Part shown: positions 1 to 11,911 of the stretch, in pieces
How the letters are laid out: each line of letters opens with the position of its first letter
Position numbering within the stretch: the first letter of the stretch is position 1
Source of the DNA: Candidatus Brocadiaceae bacterium
GTDB lineage: Bacteria > Planctomycetota > Brocadiia > SM23-32
NCBI GenBank assembly: GCA_003551305.1
Contig: PUMJ01000001.1
Location: 1-51,069, forward strand
DNA length: 51,069 nucleotides
Direction: 5' to 3'
The notes under the pieces: model-generated
The model's input: only the letters and a program-made list of their open reading frames with translations
Database searches by the model: none
Told to the model about the DNA's origin: nothing
Made by a program: the position numbers and the translations under genes

Positions 1-2
1 GG

Positions 3-566
3 ACGCAGACGGCCGAGCGGGTCGAGCTGCACGATCTGATCATCCAGGGCGAGAGTCTGGACCATGTGCGGTCCATTGAACGAGTCGTCAGCCACATCCT
101 GGGTTCGAGGCGCTCTTCGGAGGACTACCAGATCATCGTGCCCCTTCACCTCCTTGTGCAGGCCCGGCGCACCCGGTTCATCTTCAACGTGGTGCTTGGT
201 TCAATCGCCGCCATCAGCCTGCTGGTCGGCGGTATCGGCATCATGAACATCACGCTGGCCAGCGTGATGGAGCGGACGCGGGAGATCGGCATCAGACGGG
301 CCATGGGGGCCAAGAAACGCCACATTATCCTCCAGTTTCTGACCGAGACGCTGCTGCTGGCGCTCTTCGGCGGCACGATGGGGGTCATCATCGGCGTGCT
401 GGTGCCGACGCTGGTCGAGCATTTCGCCGGCATGCGGACCATCGTGACAATGTGGTCGCTGATGCTGGCCTTCGGCATCAGCGCGGCTGTGGGATTGGGT
501 TTCGGCATATATCCCGCCTACCGCGCCGCCACCATGGACCCCATCCAGGCGCTGCGGCACGAGTAA
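3..566 (+). CDS. ABC transporter permease, MacB/FtsX family (5' truncated by window edge)
   Basis: Frame is open from nt 3. Contains the MacB permease signature 'SLLVGGIGIMNI..SVMERTREIGIRRAMGA' and the C-terminal 'GIYPAYRAATMDPIQALRHE'. Confidence 0.92.
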   Translation, partial: TQTAERVELHDLIIQGESLDHVRSIERVVSHILGSRRSSEDYQIIVPLHLLVQARRTRFIFNVVLGSIAAISLLVGGIGIMNITLASVMERTREIGIRRAMGAKKRHIILQFLTETLLLALFGGTMGVIIGVLVPTLVEHFAGMRTIVTMWSLMLAFGISAAVGLGFGIYPAYRAATMDPIQALRHE

Positions 567-689
567 GCCGCAGGCGGAAGGCAGCAAGGGCCCCAGGGCG
601 GCTGCATCAGGCGCCGGACTGCATGCAAGCCCTGCGGCATCGGGCAGAATGAGACGGACAGCACAATTCCTGCGAAAGGATGCCTGCCG

Positions 690-2981
690 ATGAGCCTTGT
701 GTACAAAGCCGCCTGCCCTGAGGACACGCAGCGGGTGCTGGCCCTGCGGGAGCGCGTGCGCCGGGCCATGCGCCTCCCCCCTGCCGCCTGGCACTGTCCG
801 GACCGAATACCGGAAGACCAGATGACCGGACCGCTGCCCGTGCGCAAAGCGCTCGCTATTCGCCTGAAGCTCTCCCACATGCCGTCGGACTTGTGGAAGG
901 GCCAGCTTTTTGCCGGCTCAATGACCCTCGAGTCCCCCCGCGTGCATGCGGAATGGGGCTTCCCCGACTACCTAACCGATCGGGAACGCGAGCAGGCCGC
1001 CCGCAGAGGTCTGAGTATCCGCTCGGTCTTCGGCCACATCGTGCCTGACTACGAGCGCCTCCTGCGTAAGGGGCTTTGCGGCATTCGCGCTGACGCCGAG
1101 GCGCAACTCGGCGGCGCCGATCGGCGGGAGACCGCTTTTCTGAACTCGGTCATCATTGCCGTGGACGCGGTGATGGACTATGCCGCCCGCCTGGCGCTCC
1201 GGTGCGAACGCGAGGCGCAGTGCTGTCCCCGACCCGAGCGCGCCGCCGAACTGCAACGCATGGCGGCCAACTTGCGGCAGGCGCCGGCAGACCCCGCCCG
1301 GACGTTCTGGCAGGCGCTCCAGTCGGTCTGGCTGCTCCATATGGTCTTCCATTCCACGATGAACGGGAACGCCCTCGGGCGTCTGGATCAGTATGTCTGG
1401 CCCTACCTGGAGGGGGACCTCGAGGCGGGGCGTATTGACTACGCCACGGCCGCCGAGCTTGTTTCCTGCTTCTGCCTGAAATTCAACGAACGCGCCAAAG
1501 CTACAGAAGACCAATTGCCCGAGTCACGCGAGCCCGAGGAACTCGATTTCGAGAAGCGCACGCGGCACGACACGTCCTCGCAGGTCGGCACCCGCCGTGA
1601 CAGCATAGACGCCACTAATCACTGGCTGCAGAACATCGTTATCGGCGGGCTGGCGCCCGACGGGGCGGACAGCACGAACCCCCTGACCTTCCTGCTCCTG
1701 GAAGCCTACCGGCGCAACAGGATGACCAACCCCTTGCTTACCGTCCGGGTCCATCGGGAGAGCCCCGCGGAACTGCTGCGGGCCGCCTGCGAGGCGCTCA
1801 AGGAAGGCGGCGGCATGCCGGCCGTCTTCAACGATGAGACCCTCGTGCCGGCCCTCGAACGCCTCGGCATTGCCGAGTGCGACGCCCGCGACTATACCAA
1901 CGATGGCTGCTGGGAGGTCATCATCCCCGGACGCACGGATTTCAAATTCCAGCGTCTCAGTCTGATGCTGTGCCTTGAGTGGGCGCTCAACCGCGGCCGC
2001 GGTCGCCGGGACGGTTCGGTGCGTGGCCTCCGGACACCTGACCCACGCCAGATGACGTCCTTCGGCGAGGTGTGGTACGCCTTCGTGCGGCAGCTTGACC
2101 ACATGGTCCGGCGCGTCACGCGCCGCGTCGTGCAGAGCCTGGACGAGCGCAGCACAGTGGCCCCGGTGCCGCTCCTGAGCGCCCTGCTGGACGGCCCCAT
2201 CGAGAAGCGCCGCGACATGACGGCGGGCGGGGCGAAGTACACGACCTTCGGCATGCTGGCCGAGTCGGCCGCCCATGCCATCGACTCGCTCACCGCGATC
2301 AAAAGCGTCGTGTTCGACGAAGGGGCGGCCACGATGGCCGAACTCTGTGACGCACTCGAGGCGGACTTTTGCGGACACGGGCGGCTGCGCGCGAAACTGC
2401 TGGCCGCCCCCAAGTACGGCAATGCCGACCAGCGGGCGGACGCGATGGGCCGCCGGGTGATTGACGCCTTCACGGAGTGTGTGAGGCGGCACGCCACACG
2501 GTATGAGACACGGGCCAGGTTCCCATGCGGCGTCGGCACGTTCTCCTGGTACATCGGCATCGGTGAGGGTCTGGGCGCCTCCCCTGACGGGCGACGAGAG
2601 GGAGAGCCGGTTTCGTCGAACTTCTCGCCGGCCCTGGGTCGCGACGTGGAAGGCATCCCCGCCGCCATCCTCAGCTACGGCGCGATGCCGCACCGGGAGC
2701 TACCCGCCGGCGGACCGCTGGACATGCGCATCCAGAAGCGCCTGGTTGAGCGAGAGGACGGCACCGACCGCATGGCGGCGCTCATCCGGGCTTTCGTGGA
2801 CAGCGGCGGCTCGATGATGACCCTCACCGTAACGGACACCGAAGAACTGCGTGCCGCTCAGCGAGAGCCTGAGAACTACGAGTCCCTGCGTGTGCGTATG
2901 GGGGGCTGGTGCGCCTACTTTACAATGCTCAGCCGCGAGCAGCAGGAGCATCACATCCGCCGACAGGAGGCCAGCCCGTGA
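690..2981 (+). CDS. Glycyl radical enzyme (PFL superfamily), substrate unknown
   Basis: Motifs '[10 protein letters not shown]', 'GRLDQY', Cys loop 'NDGCWE', 'APKYGN', 'GASPDGR', and C-terminal Gly-radical loop '[18 protein letters not shown]'. An activase gene follows. Confidence 0.93.
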   Translation: MSLVYKAACPEDTQRVLALRERVRRAMRLPPAAWHCPDRIPEDQMTGPLPVRKALAIRLKLSHMPSDLWKGQLFAGSMTLESPRVHAEWGFPDYLTDREREQAARRGLSIRSVFGHIVPDYERLLRKGLCGIRADAEAQLGGADRRETAFLNSVIIAVDAVMDYAARLALRCEREAQCCPRPERAAELQRMAANLRQAPADPARTFWQALQSVWLLHMVFHSTMNGNALGRLDQYVWPYLEGDLEAGRIDYATAAELVSCFCLKFNERAKATEDQLPESREPEELDFEKRTRHDTSSQVGTRRDSIDATNHWLQNIVIGGLAPDGADSTNPLTFLLLEAYRRNRMTNPLLTVRVHRESPAELLRAACEALKEGGGMPAVFNDETLVPALERLGIAECDARDYTNDGCWEVIIPGRTDFKFQRLSLMLCLEWALNRGRGRRDGSVRGLRTPDPRQMTSFGEVWYAFVRQLDHMVRRVTRRVVQSLDERSTVAPVPLLSALLDGPIEKRRDMTAGGAKYTTFGMLAESAAHAIDSLTAIKSVVFDEGAATMAELCDALEADFCGHGRLRAKLLAAPKYGNADQRADAMGRRVIDAFTECVRRHATRYETRARFPCGVGTFSWYIGIGEGLGASPDGRREGEPVSSNFSPALGRDVEGIPAAILSYGAMPHRELPAGGPLDMRIQKRLVEREDGTDRMAALIRAFVDSGGSMMTLTVTDTEELRAAQREPENYESLRVRMGGWCAYFTMLSREQQEHHIRRQEASP

Positions 2982-3889
2982 GGCGCAGCACTCTGGCGGA
3001 CGTGGAAGGGCTCATTTTCGAGACCGATACGTTCGCGGTCCACGACGGACCGGGCATCCGCCTGGCCGTGTACCTGAAGGGGTGTCCCTTGAGATGCCGG
3101 TGGTGCCACAGCCCCGAGTCCCAGAGTCCCGAGCCCGAGCTGATCTCTGTCCCCGACCGTTGCGCATTCTGCGGGCTGTGCGCGGAGGAATGCCCCGCCG
3201 GGGTCCACAGCCTCGCGGAGCGAGAGCATAAGATGCGGCGCGAACTCTGCCATGCGTGCGGCCGCTGCGCGCAGGTCTGCCCTGCCGGCGCCCTCTCCAT
3301 CAAGGGCCGTCGCGTTTCTGCCCGGCAGATTGTGGAGAGGGCCACGCTGTTCATACCCTTCTTTCAGCACTCGGGGGGCGGGGTCACCCTGACCGGCGGT
3401 GAGGTCACCATGCAGCCCGCCTTCGCCTCGGCCGTGCTGGAGGGTTGCCGGGCCGAAGGCATACACACGGCCGTTGAGACGTGCGGGGCCTGCCCGTGGG
3501 AAGTCCTGGAGCGGGTGGCGGCCCACGCGGACCTGCTGCTCTACGACCTGAAGCTGATGGACGATGCCGAGCACCGGGAGTGGACGGGCGCCTCCAATCG
3601 CCGCATCCTGGAGAATGCCGCGCGCCTGGCCGGGCGCAACGTGCAGGTGCGCGTTCCACTCATACCCGGCGTCACCGACACGGAAGGCAACCTGAGAGCC
3701 ATCTTCGAGTTCATGCTACACGTCGGGCTGGAGCGCGTGGCGCTGCTGCCGTTCAACGCGGCGGCCCCGGCGAAGTATGAGTGGATGGGCCGGGAGTTCG
3801 GATTCGGCGAGAGCGGCCGGGACGACGCGACTCTCGCAGGCGCGCTGGGCCTGGCGCTGGCGCAGGGCCTCGAGGCCGAGCCGGGATAG
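2978..3889 (+). CDS. Glycyl-radical enzyme activating enzyme (radical SAM with 2x[4Fe-4S] ferredoxin insert)
   Basis: '[24 protein letters not shown]' (CxxxCxxC), two CxxCxxCxxxCP motifs and 'GGVTLTGGE'. GTG start at 2978 overlaps the GRE stop (GTGA). Confidence 0.93.
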   Translation: MRRSTLADVEGLIFETDTFAVHDGPGIRLAVYLKGCPLRCRWCHSPESQSPEPELISVPDRCAFCGLCAEECPAGVHSLAEREHKMRRELCHACGRCAQVCPAGALSIKGRRVSARQIVERATLFIPFFQHSGGGVTLTGGEVTMQPAFASAVLEGCRAEGIHTAVETCGACPWEVLERVAAHADLLLYDLKLMDDAEHREWTGASNRRILENAARLAGRNVQVRVPLIPGVTDTEGNLRAIFEFMLHVGLERVALLPFNAAAPAKYEWMGREFGFGESGRDDATLAGALGLALAQGLEAEPG

Positions 3890-3900
3890 AAAGGCCCCTG

Positions 3901-7158
<3,258 letters not shown>

Positions 7159-7182
7159 GTCTTTCCGGGTTGGCCCTGCGGC

Positions 7183-8724
7183 CTATTCCCACTCGATTGT
7201 GCTGGGGGGTTTCGGACTGATGTCATAGACGACGCGGTTGACACCGTGCACTTCGTTGATGATGCGGTTGGAGATTCGGCCCAGGATTTCGTAGGGCACC
7301 CGGACCCAATCGGAGGTCATTCCGTCCGTGCTGCTCACGATGCGCAGCGCCACCACGTTGGCGTAAGTGCGCCCGTCTCCCATGACGCCCACGGTCTTGA
7401 CCGGCAGCAGCACGGCAAAGGACTGCCACACCTCCTCGTAAAGGCTCCGCTGTTTCTCCAGTTCCTCCTGGACGCACAGGTCGGCCCGGCGCAGGACTCC
7501 GAGGCGCTCCGGGGTGACCTCCCCGATGATGCGCACGGCGAGCCCGGGCCCGGGAAAGGGCTGACGGCTGAGTATCTCGCCGGGCAGGCCGAGTTCCCGG
7601 CCCAACTCCCGCACCTCGTCTTTGAACAGGTTGCGCAGGGGCTCGACAAGCTCGAAATCAAGGTCACCCGGCAGTCCCCCGACGTTGTGGTGGCTCTTGA
7701 TGTGCGCGGTGGGGCCGCCGTGGGCGGCGCGGCTCTCTATGACGTCGGGGTAAAGGGTGCCTTGCGCAAGGAATCCCACCTCGCCGAGTCGGCCGGCTTC
7801 TTCGCGGAAGACCTCGACGAAAAGGCGGCCGATGGTCAGGCGCTTCTCTTCCGGGTCTGTCACGCCGCGAAGCGCTTCCAGGAACTGCTCGCTCGCGTCA
7901 ACGACCCGCAAATTGAGGGGATACTTTTTGCGGAAAAAGCGGCGAACGTCCTCCCGCTCCCCTTGCCGCAGAAGGCCGTTGTCCACGAAAATGGAGACGG
8001 CTCGCTCGCCGATGGCCCTGTCCATCAGGGCCGCGGTCACGGCGGAGTCCACGCCCCCGGACAGGCCGATGATGGCCCGACCGGCCCCGACCTGCTCCCG
8101 GATGCGGCTGACCGCTTCCTCGATGAAATCGGCCATGGACCAGCCGCCCTTGCAGCCGGCCACGCCGAAGAGGAAGTTGCGCAGGATCTCCGTGCCGCGA
8201 AGCGTGTGGACGACCTCCGGGTGGAACTGCACCCCGTAGATTCGCCGCCCGGGATGGCCCATGGCGGCCACGGCGCAATTGGCGGTGTGGGCCAGAACCT
8301 GGAAGCCGGGGGGAGGTTCCACCACCTGGTCTCCGTGGCTCATCCAGACACGCAACGCACCGGGCAGGCGGTCGAAAAGCGGCGTTTCAACGTCCACCTC
8401 CAGGACCGCGGGGCCGTACTCCCTGCCCCCCGCCCCGGCGACCCGACCGCCCAGCCCGTCGGCCAGCAACTGCATGCCGTAACAGATGCCCAGCACTGGC
8501 ACGCCGGCGGCCAGCGCCGCCTCGTCCAGCCGGGGTGCGTCTGCCTCCATCACGGACGACGGCCCGCCGGTCAGCACAAGCGCCCGCGGCTGATGGACGC
8601 TCAGTTCGGCCCAGGGCGTCTCGTGCGGCGCGATCTCGCAGTAGACGCCCAGGTGACGCACACGTCGCGCGATGAGCTGGGTGTACTGCGAACCGAAGTC
8701 CAGTATGAAGACCGTCTCGCGCAT
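7183..8724 (-). CDS. guaA: GMP synthase (glutamine-hydrolysing)
   Basis: '[14 protein letters not shown]', 'GICYGMQ', 'SGGVDS', '[11 protein letters not shown]', C-terminal 'KPPSTIEWE'. Confidence 0.98.
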   Translation of the reverse strand: MRETVFILDFGSQYTQLIARRVRHLGVYCEIAPHETPWAELSVHQPRALVLTGGPSSVMEADAPRLDEAALAAGVPVLGICYGMQLLADGLGGRVAGAGGREYGPAVLEVDVETPLFDRLPGALRVWMSHGDQVVEPPPGFQVLAHTANCAVAAMGHPGRRIYGVQFHPEVVHTLRGTEILRNFLFGVAGCKGGWSMADFIEEAVSRIREQVGAGRAIIGLSGGVDSAVTAALMDRAIGERAVSIFVDNGLLRQGEREDVRRFFRKKYPLNLRVVDASEQFLEALRGVTDPEEKRLTIGRLFVEVFREEAGRLGEVGFLAQGTLYPDVIESRAAHGGPTAHIKSHHNVGGLPGDLDFELVEPLRNLFKDEVRELGRELGLPGEILSRQPFPGPGLAVRIIGEVTPERLGVLRRADLCVQEELEKQRSLYEEVWQSFAVLLPVKTVGVMGDGRTYANVVALRIVSSTDGMTSDWVRVPYEILGRISNRIINEVHGVNRVVYDISPKPPSTIEWE

Positions 8725-8741
8725 GGGGGCTCCCGGGCGTC

Positions 8742-9830
8742 TCAGTCCCGCATCATCCGGATAAAGGTATCGAAAAGGTGGCGCGCGTCATGAGGGCCGG
8801 CAGAGGCTTCCGGGTGATACTGCACGGCCATCACCGGCAGTTCGCGGTGGCGCAGTCCCTCCGCGGTGCCATCGTTGAGGTTGGTATGGGTGAGTTCGAC
8901 CTCGTCGGCGTCCAGACTGTCAGCGTCCACGCAGAAACCGTGGTTCTGGCAGGTGATGTCAATGCGGCCGGTGTCGAGGTTCTTGACCGGGTGGTTTGCG
9001 CCGCGGTGGCCGAACTTGAGCTTGAATGTGCGTCCCCCGAGAGCCAGCCCCAGCATCTGGTGTCCCAGGCAGATGCCGAACACCGGTTTGCGCCCTATTA
9101 GCTCCCTGGCGGTCTCGACCACGTAGGGGACGCCCTCCGGGTCTCCTGGGCCGTTAGACAGGAGAATGCCCTCGGGTTCGAGGGCGAGGATTTCGTCCGG
9201 GCCCATCTGCGCCGGAACAACCCGCACCCGGCACCCTCGCCGGACGAGGCAACGCATGATGTTGAGCTTCGCGCCGCAGTCCAGAACGACCACGAAAGGT
9301 GCGTCTGGTCGCGGCCCCGCGGGGGTGGCGAAGTCATACGCCTCCGGGCAGGTGACTTCCCTGACGAGGTCCCGCCCTACCAGCCCAGGGGAGGCTTTTG
9401 CCTCGTCAACCAGTTCATCCCGGTCGTAGTCGCCGGCTGCAATGACGGCTCTCATGGCGCCCGCCAGGCGGATGTGCCGCGTCAGGGCGCGCGTGTCCAC
9501 CTCGCTCAGGGCGACCACTCCGTGCCGTTCCAGGTAGTCGCCCAGGCGGCCCTCTGCGGCCCAGTTGGAGGGAAAGGGAGAGTACTCCCTCACCACAAAA
9601 CCCTCGAGCTGCGGCGCCGCTGACTCCACATCCTGTTCGTTCACCCCGTAATTGCCGATGAGGGGGTAGGTCATCGTCACGATCTGGCCCTTGTAGGACG
9701 GGTCGGTCAGGATCTCCTGGTAGCCGGTCATACTGGTGTTGAACACGACTTCCCCAGCCCTCTTGCCGGCCGCCCCGAAGGACCGCCCCTCGAAGACCCG
9801 TCCATCCTCCAGGGCAATTGCGCCTTTCAT
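8742..9830 (-). CDS. carA: Carbamoyl-phosphate synthase small subunit
   Basis: '[21 protein letters not shown]', 'SNGPGDP', 'GICLGHQ', 'QYHPEA'. Confidence 0.98.
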   Translation of the reverse strand: MKGAIALEDGRVFEGRSFGAAGKRAGEVVFNTSMTGYQEILTDPSYKGQIVTMTYPLIGNYGVNEQDVESAAPQLEGFVVREYSPFPSNWAAEGRLGDYLERHGVVALSEVDTRALTRHIRLAGAMRAVIAAGDYDRDELVDEAKASPGLVGRDLVREVTCPEAYDFATPAGPRPDAPFVVVLDCGAKLNIMRCLVRRGCRVRVVPAQMGPDEILALEPEGILLSNGPGDPEGVPYVVETARELIGRKPVFGICLGHQMLGLALGGRTFKLKFGHRGANHPVKNLDTGRIDITCQNHGFCVDADSLDADEVELTHTNLNDGTAEGLRHRELPVMAVQYHPEASAGPHDARHLFDTFIRMMRD

Positions 9831-9958
9831 GTTTGGACCTTCCCTTTAGCTTGCTCGCGTTTGGGCGTGTTCATCCTTCCTGCAACCGGGCCGGGATGGA
9901 CTATCCCCGCCGGTTCCGTGATGTCGGGGCAAGACGCTGCGCCGCGCGGGATGTGCGG

Positions 9959-9967
9959 ATTCTAACA
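9959..9967 (-). promoter_or_regulatory. Candidate extended -10 sigma70 promoter for carA-guaA-carB
   Basis: Minus strand reads TGtTAGAAT about 130 nt upstream of carA. No good -35 seen. Confidence 0.4.
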
Positions 9968-9997
9968 TAATCCGACCCAGGCGACACGAGTCGCCGG

Positions 9998-11653
9998 TCA
10001 GTCAGCATCCTGGGCGGCGTCGCCGCCACGTGCCGAGCCCGCCAGGATGGCCGAGGAGCCGTCTCCACTGATGATCCGCATAGCCTCATCGCGGTAGGCG
10101 TCCATCACGTAAGGGATGCCGGAGATGCGCGCGGCTTCCTCCGTGAGGGCCATCAGGTCGTTGCGGCTGATGGCCGAGACGGTGAAGTTGCGGCTCCCGG
10201 CCATGAGTTGCTGTAAGCCCACCCGCAGTTTCTGCACCACCGAGTAGATTGCCACCGCGCCCAGCGGCATCCGGCGCACGGCTTCGGCGCCGTACTCTGC
10301 GACCAGTTCATCGTAGCAGACGAAAATCTGCTCGGGCCTGTCACCGAACTTGCTGACCGTCTTGGGCAGTTTGCCGTCGGCCAGCCATCGGGCCGTGTTC
10401 TTGCCGACCATGCCCGGGATCATCAAGCCGCGCCCCATGCAGACCGCCTTCGTGTACGGCGCGCCCAGGGCGAGCACTTTGAAGATGTGGTCTTCAGCGG
10501 AAAAGCCACCGGCCATGGCGATGTGCGGCACGTAATCGCCCTGCTTGCTGAGCATCCGGCACAGTTCGTAAGTCATGCACTGGAGGTAGAAAGTCGGCAC
10601 GCCCCACTCGTTCATCATGCGCCAGGGGCTCATACCGGTCCCCCCCGGGGCGCCGTCAATGGTCACAAGGTCTATCTTCGCGTCCGAGGACCACCTGAGG
10701 GCCATGGCCAGCTCGCGCATCGGGTAAGCCCCGGTCTTGAGGGTGACCCTGCGGGCGCCGAGTTCCCGCAGGCGCTCGACCTCGGCCAGGAAAGTCTCCT
10801 CCTCAACGAAACCCAGGCGCGAGTGCCGTTCGAACTCCTTGAGCGCGCCGTCGAGGTAGGCGGCCTCCTCGCCGGGGTCGTTGGGATCGGGGGTCACCAG
10901 GTAGCCGCGCTGCAGCAGCTCGCGGGCCTTCTCCAGGGAGTCAACCTGGATCTCGCCACCGATGCACTTGGCGCCCTGGCCCCACTTCAGCTCGATAGTC
11001 TCAACGCCCAGTTCCTGAACAACATACTCGGCGACACCGAACCTGGTGTCTTCGACGTTCAGCTGCACGACGAGGTCACCGTAGCCCTGGTGCCACCGGC
11101 GGTAGGTCTCCACGCGCCGTTTCATCTCCGGTGAATGTACGATCCTCCCCTGCGGGCCGAACTCGGCCTCGGGGTCAACGCCACAGACGTTTTCGCCGCA
11201 GACGAGCGTGATGCCGGCGATACCCGCGCCCGCCGCGAAGTGCTCCCAATTGTGTCGGGCAATGTCTGTCGAACCGAGCGCACCGGTGAACACCGGCAGG
11301 CGCATGGTGACGGGATGCTCGACACCGTAGGCGGTCTCCGTTTCCACGTCGACGAACAGCGTGCTGTCAGGGCCTGGTTCGACTCCTTCCGGCAGGCCCC
11401 TGGCCCCCAGGGCATATCCGCAGATATTCAGGTGCGAGTAGTCCACCGGGTAGTCTTTGTCGGCCCCGGCGGTCATCTGGCCGAACGGTTCCGGATAGAG
11501 CACTTCCCGACCCCGGAACGACGCCTTCCAGAGTTCGCAATTACCCGTGCATCCGTCCACGCAGCGCGAGCATATGCCCGATGCAGGCGTGACGTCCCGC
11601 GACCGGTTTCGGGTCAGGGTCACTTCGTCGGCGTTCGGACGTTGAAGGGTCAT
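9998..11653 (-). CDS. Stand-alone FMN-binding glutamate synthase family protein
   Basis: FMN-domain motifs 'IELKWGQGAK.IGGE', 'TIDGAPGGTGMSP', 'AMAGG' and an N-terminal Cys cluster 'CSRCVDGCTGNC'. Start placed at ATG 11653 behind GAGGAGG. Confidence 0.88.
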   Translation of the reverse strand: MTLQRPNADEVTLTRNRSRDVTPASGICSRCVDGCTGNCELWKASFRGREVLYPEPFGQMTAGADKDYPVDYSHLNICGYALGARGLPEGVEPGPDSTLFVDVETETAYGVEHPVTMRLPVFTGALGSTDIARHNWEHFAAGAGIAGITLVCGENVCGVDPEAEFGPQGRIVHSPEMKRRVETYRRWHQGYGDLVVQLNVEDTRFGVAEYVVQELGVETIELKWGQGAKCIGGEIQVDSLEKARELLQRGYLVTPDPNDPGEEAAYLDGALKEFERHSRLGFVEEETFLAEVERLRELGARRVTLKTGAYPMRELAMALRWSSDAKIDLVTIDGAPGGTGMSPWRMMNEWGVPTFYLQCMTYELCRMLSKQGDYVPHIAMAGGFSAEDHIFKVLALGAPYTKAVCMGRGLMIPGMVGKNTARWLADGKLPKTVSKFGDRPEQIFVCYDELVAEYGAEAVRRMPLGAVAIYSVVQKLRVGLQQLMAGSRNFTVSAISRNDLMALTEEAARISGIPYVMDAYRDEAMRIISGDGSSAILAGSARGGDAAQDAD

Positions 11654-11766
11654 AGGCACCTCCTCAAAGAAAAGCCGCCAGCGGTATGCAAACGCCTGCG
11701 GCCCAGGTCGGAGCGGAGTTCTCTTGCACACGGTAATCGCAGTAAACCATCGTTCAGAAGGAATAG

Positions 11767-11782
11767 TGCAAGCGGCATGCCG
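11767..11782 (-). promoter_or_regulatory. Sigma54 (-24/-12) promoter of the glutamate-synthase-family gene
   Basis: Minus strand CGGCATGccgcTTGCA fits GG-N10-GC with TTGC. It lies directly downstream of a sigma54 activator gene. Confidence 0.75.
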
Positions 11783-11871
11783 CTGAGGTGCCAACCGGTT
11801 GGCCCCACCATAACCCCTTGTACAAGCAACAGGTTATGCGTCTGGCCCGCCCCGCGAGCATACGTCCCGGC

Positions 11872-11906
11872 TGCCCAGAACCTGCGCAGTGCCCCCTTCT
11901 TGCGCA
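11872..11906. promoter_or_regulatory. Two tandem NtrC-type enhancer boxes (TGC-N11-GCA)
   Basis: TGCCCAGAACCTGCGCA (11872-11888) and TGCCCCCTTCTTGCGCA (11890-11906), 90-125 nt upstream of the -24 element. Confidence 0.6.
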
Positions 11907-11911
11907 GCCTT

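Noticed and set aside
690-2981. Annotation as pyruvate formate-lyase (pflB)
   Set aside because: It lacks the adjacent Cys-Cys pair, and its activase carries a ferredoxin insert that PflA does not have.
11654-11794. N-terminal extension of the glutamate-synthase-family ORF given by the ORF track
   Set aside because: It overlaps the sigma54 promoter, and a strong RBS precedes ATG 11653. Over-long starts were trimmed likewise for the activase, eda, SDR, rtcB, archease, nuclease, Rieske reductase, transketolase C subunit and serine hydrolase.
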